This document shows, in pieces, positions 62,801-64,000 of a stretch of DNA of 64,000 bases. Below the pieces are notes generated by a model. That model made no database searches. It was not told the DNA's origin and worked only from the letters and a program-made list of their open reading frames with translations. The stretch is taken from assembly GCA_965112155.1 (NCBI GenBank), contig OZ218105.1; one strand, written 5' to 3'. The translations under genes and the position numbers were made by a program. Numbering within the stretch: position 1 is the first letter of the stretch; every line of letters begins with the position of its first letter. The stretch is from Podarcis liolepis. Its lineage: Eukaryota.

Positions 62801-63759
62801 TGAAGCTAGCTATGGTTGAAAAGGCATGCAACAGCATTGTAAACAAGTTTTAGGGCCAAACCCTGGTTGACAAAGATCAGTTTTAAAGTCTTGGTTCTTT
62901 CAAGTTGGTTTAAGGGCACAAACAGATGTTCCTGTGGAGCTCTTTGCTCACAAAAGCTTATAAGCAATCCATGCTATAACTTTAAATCAGAAATTAAGAC
63001 AGCTAACTAATCATATTCAGATCTGATTTTGCAGTGAAAACATTTCATTTAGTCTAATAAGTGTCTCCATGACTCTTAATATTTATAATTTGGAAACTGC
63101 AATTCAGATATGATGGGAAGTCAGCGTGCTGCCAGCCACATCATTCTATAAAAAAATCTAAGTTTAAAAACAACAAAATACATTTTTAAATTCCAAAATA
63201 CCTTTAAAATAGATCGATGAAAAAACAAAGCAAGGAGTTGAACAAGGTCATAGTGAACATAACCCTCTTTCTTCTCAACACCAATAATATTGGGAGGATG
63301 GTAAGGCTTGTCCTTGTTTAGTTCTAGTTGCTTATTCCAAGGGAAGAAGCCAAACTGGAAAAAATATTTTATAACAATCGTTACCTGTACAAAAAAAAAA
63401 AGAGAAAAAAGAGAAAGATGAAAAATAGCTTCATGTTAATCATTGAAAATTTGGTAACAATCCATAAAAATGAGAAATTATCATTAGAATATCAACATAC
63501 CTCAGTGTAGACTATAGCTGTCATCCAAAAACGTTTGCTAGGCCTCGGGACGGAAAGCATGGCCCAAAGGAATATAAGAATAGGAAGCACAAGGGTAATC
63601 ATGGAGGCAGAGATCATGTGATTAAGAATAATTACAAAAAAACACACCATTTCTGAACGAGCCACAAGGGTATTATACAAAGCATAAATTAGCAGCAAAA
63701 AACGAGGCTGAGTAGAGTAGAATTTTTCCGACTCATCCAGTTCCTCATCTTGAAACATT
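48968..63759 (-). CDS. PIEZO2: PIEZO2 mechanosensitive channel, last 15 coding exons (5'-partial, about 856 aa: final THUs, anchor, outer helix, cap, inner helix, CTD)
   Basis: Spliced translation includes [44 protein letters not shown], and the C-terminus [17 protein letters not shown]...[15 protein letters not shown] diagnostic of PIEZO2; all junctions GT-AG and in phase. Confidence 0.98.
49370..50268. mobile_element. CCGTATTT-TIR element with internal GC-rich minisatellites, PIEZO2 last intron
   Basis: TA TSD; TIR ccgtatttttcgccctataggacgca / tgcgtcctatagggcgaaaaatacag; about 108-bp unit x3 then about 100-108-bp unit x3. Confidence 0.88.
50554..51680. mobile_element. Degraded GC-rich hAT-like element in PIEZO2 last intron
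   Basis: Starts tagggctggg followed by inverted ttcaacatcac / gtgatgttgaa; right end not resolved. Confidence 0.35.
51887..52055 (-). CDS. PIEZO2: PIEZO2 penultimate exon
   Basis: [10 protein letters not shown]...EWWVLNQ...[21 protein letters not shown]. Confidence 0.96.
52256..52335 (-). CDS. PIEZO2: PIEZO2 exon (cap)
   Basis: [26 protein letters not shown]. Confidence 0.94.
52482..52656. mobile_element. hAT MITE
   Basis: TIR cagagctttcaaaact / agtttggaaagctctg; TSD ttctaatg / ttttaatg. Confidence 0.8.
53176..53295 (-). CDS. PIEZO2: PIEZO2 exon (cap)
   Basis: [14 protein letters not shown]...[14 protein letters not shown]; acceptor aag, donor gtaagt. Confidence 0.92.
53771..54180 (-). 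mobile_element. L2 3' end with expanded (ATT)n tail
   Basis: Reverse complement of the 43900-44194 sequence; (AAT)n at 53771-53845. Confidence 0.85.
54556..54728 (-). CDS. PIEZO2: PIEZO2 exon (cap)
   Basis: [34 protein letters not shown]...SWSIQ. Confidence 0.95.
55394..55486 (-). CDS. PIEZO2: PIEZO2 exon (cap)
   Basis: [31 protein letters not shown]. Confidence 0.94.
55930..56118 (-). CDS. PIEZO2: PIEZO2 exon (outer helix)
   Basis: [39 protein letters not shown]...ITLGGYQ. Confidence 0.97.
57628..58101 (+). mobile_element. 5'-truncated L1/Tx1-like LINE end with 17-bp TSD
   Basis: TSD aagatccctattggatc (57611-57627 / 58102-58118); frame [44 protein letters not shown] resembles the reptile L1 ORF2 C-terminus; A-rich 3' UTR. 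Confidence 0.7.
58102..58945 (-). mobile_element. CR1 3' region with a nested opposite-strand CR1 tail (about 58560-58780)
   Basis: ggatcaaaccaaaggcccatctagtccaacatc; gaagaagtactt; nested ggactacatgggtcattggcctgatccagcaggctctt. Confidence 0.7.
59062..59209 (-). CDS. PIEZO2: PIEZO2 exon (anchor)
   Basis: [49 protein letters not shown]. Confidence 0.97.
59499..59724. mobile_element. Tigger/pogo-like MITE (same family as 38014)
   Basis: TA TSD; near-identical internal sequence to 38014-38255. Confidence 0.88.
59835..59993 (-). CDS. PIEZO2: PIEZO2 exon
   Basis: [52 protein letters not shown]. Confidence 0.96.
60131..60345 (-). CDS. PIEZO2: PIEZO2 exon
   Basis: [18 protein letters not shown]...[12 protein letters not shown]. 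Confidence 0.96.
60451..60598 (-). CDS. PIEZO2: PIEZO2 exon
   Basis: [49 protein letters not shown]. Confidence 0.96.
61330..61462 (-). CDS. PIEZO2: PIEZO2 exon
   Basis: [43 protein letters not shown]. Confidence 0.95.
62279..62528 (-). CDS. PIEZO2: PIEZO2 exon
   Basis: CHGLWDEDD...[16 protein letters not shown]...SSHRSKR. Confidence 0.95.
63202..63384 (-). CDS. PIEZO2: PIEZO2 exon
   Basis: [17 protein letters not shown]...[21 protein letters not shown]. Confidence 0.96.
63501..63759 (-). CDS. PIEZO2: PIEZO2 exon (15th from end)
   Basis: [20 protein letters not shown]...[11 protein letters not shown]|gtatgt. Confidence 0.96.
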
Positions 63760-64000
63760 CTGTGGGGACAAAGTTAGATCACATAACTTGATGTGCCAAT
63801 ATGTTAAATACTGCAGAATAATCTGTAAGTAACAACAAATAATATATTTCTACTTAACAAAGAACCATGCAAACAAGTTTCCAATACCCAGCTTTAGATG
63901 TGTTTCTTTACCGGCCACACTAGAGATGTGAGGAACCTCAGGCCTGGGAGGCTGAATGCAGCCCTCCAATGGAGCCCCTGTATTTGGCCCTCAGAGATTT

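Overview
Vertebrate (squamate, most likely lacertid lizard, judged from three full-length Sauria SINEs) genomic DNA from the NAPG-PIEZO2 syntenic block. It holds the complete 12-exon NAPG gene (gamma-SNAP, + strand, CDS 18583-28877, 314 aa, CpG-island promoter, a U12-type intron 3 and an 18-nt microexon) and the last 15 coding exons plus 3' UTR of PIEZO2 (- strand, 63759-48968, about 856 C-terminal aa). The first 18 kb is non-coding with many transposons. The main unexpected signal is between the two genes. Bases 31312-44662 contain the decayed remains of a + strand, roughly 18-exon protein-coding gene of about 1,050 codons with RGS-domain-like motifs. It is broken by stops, frameshifts, splice-site mutations and TE insertions into three exons, and it ends 8 bp from a candidate distal PIEZO2 polyA signal. 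I reconstructed it by hand, could not name it, and the ORF track largely misses it. Most ORFs in the track are spurious (TE-internal or antisense shadows).
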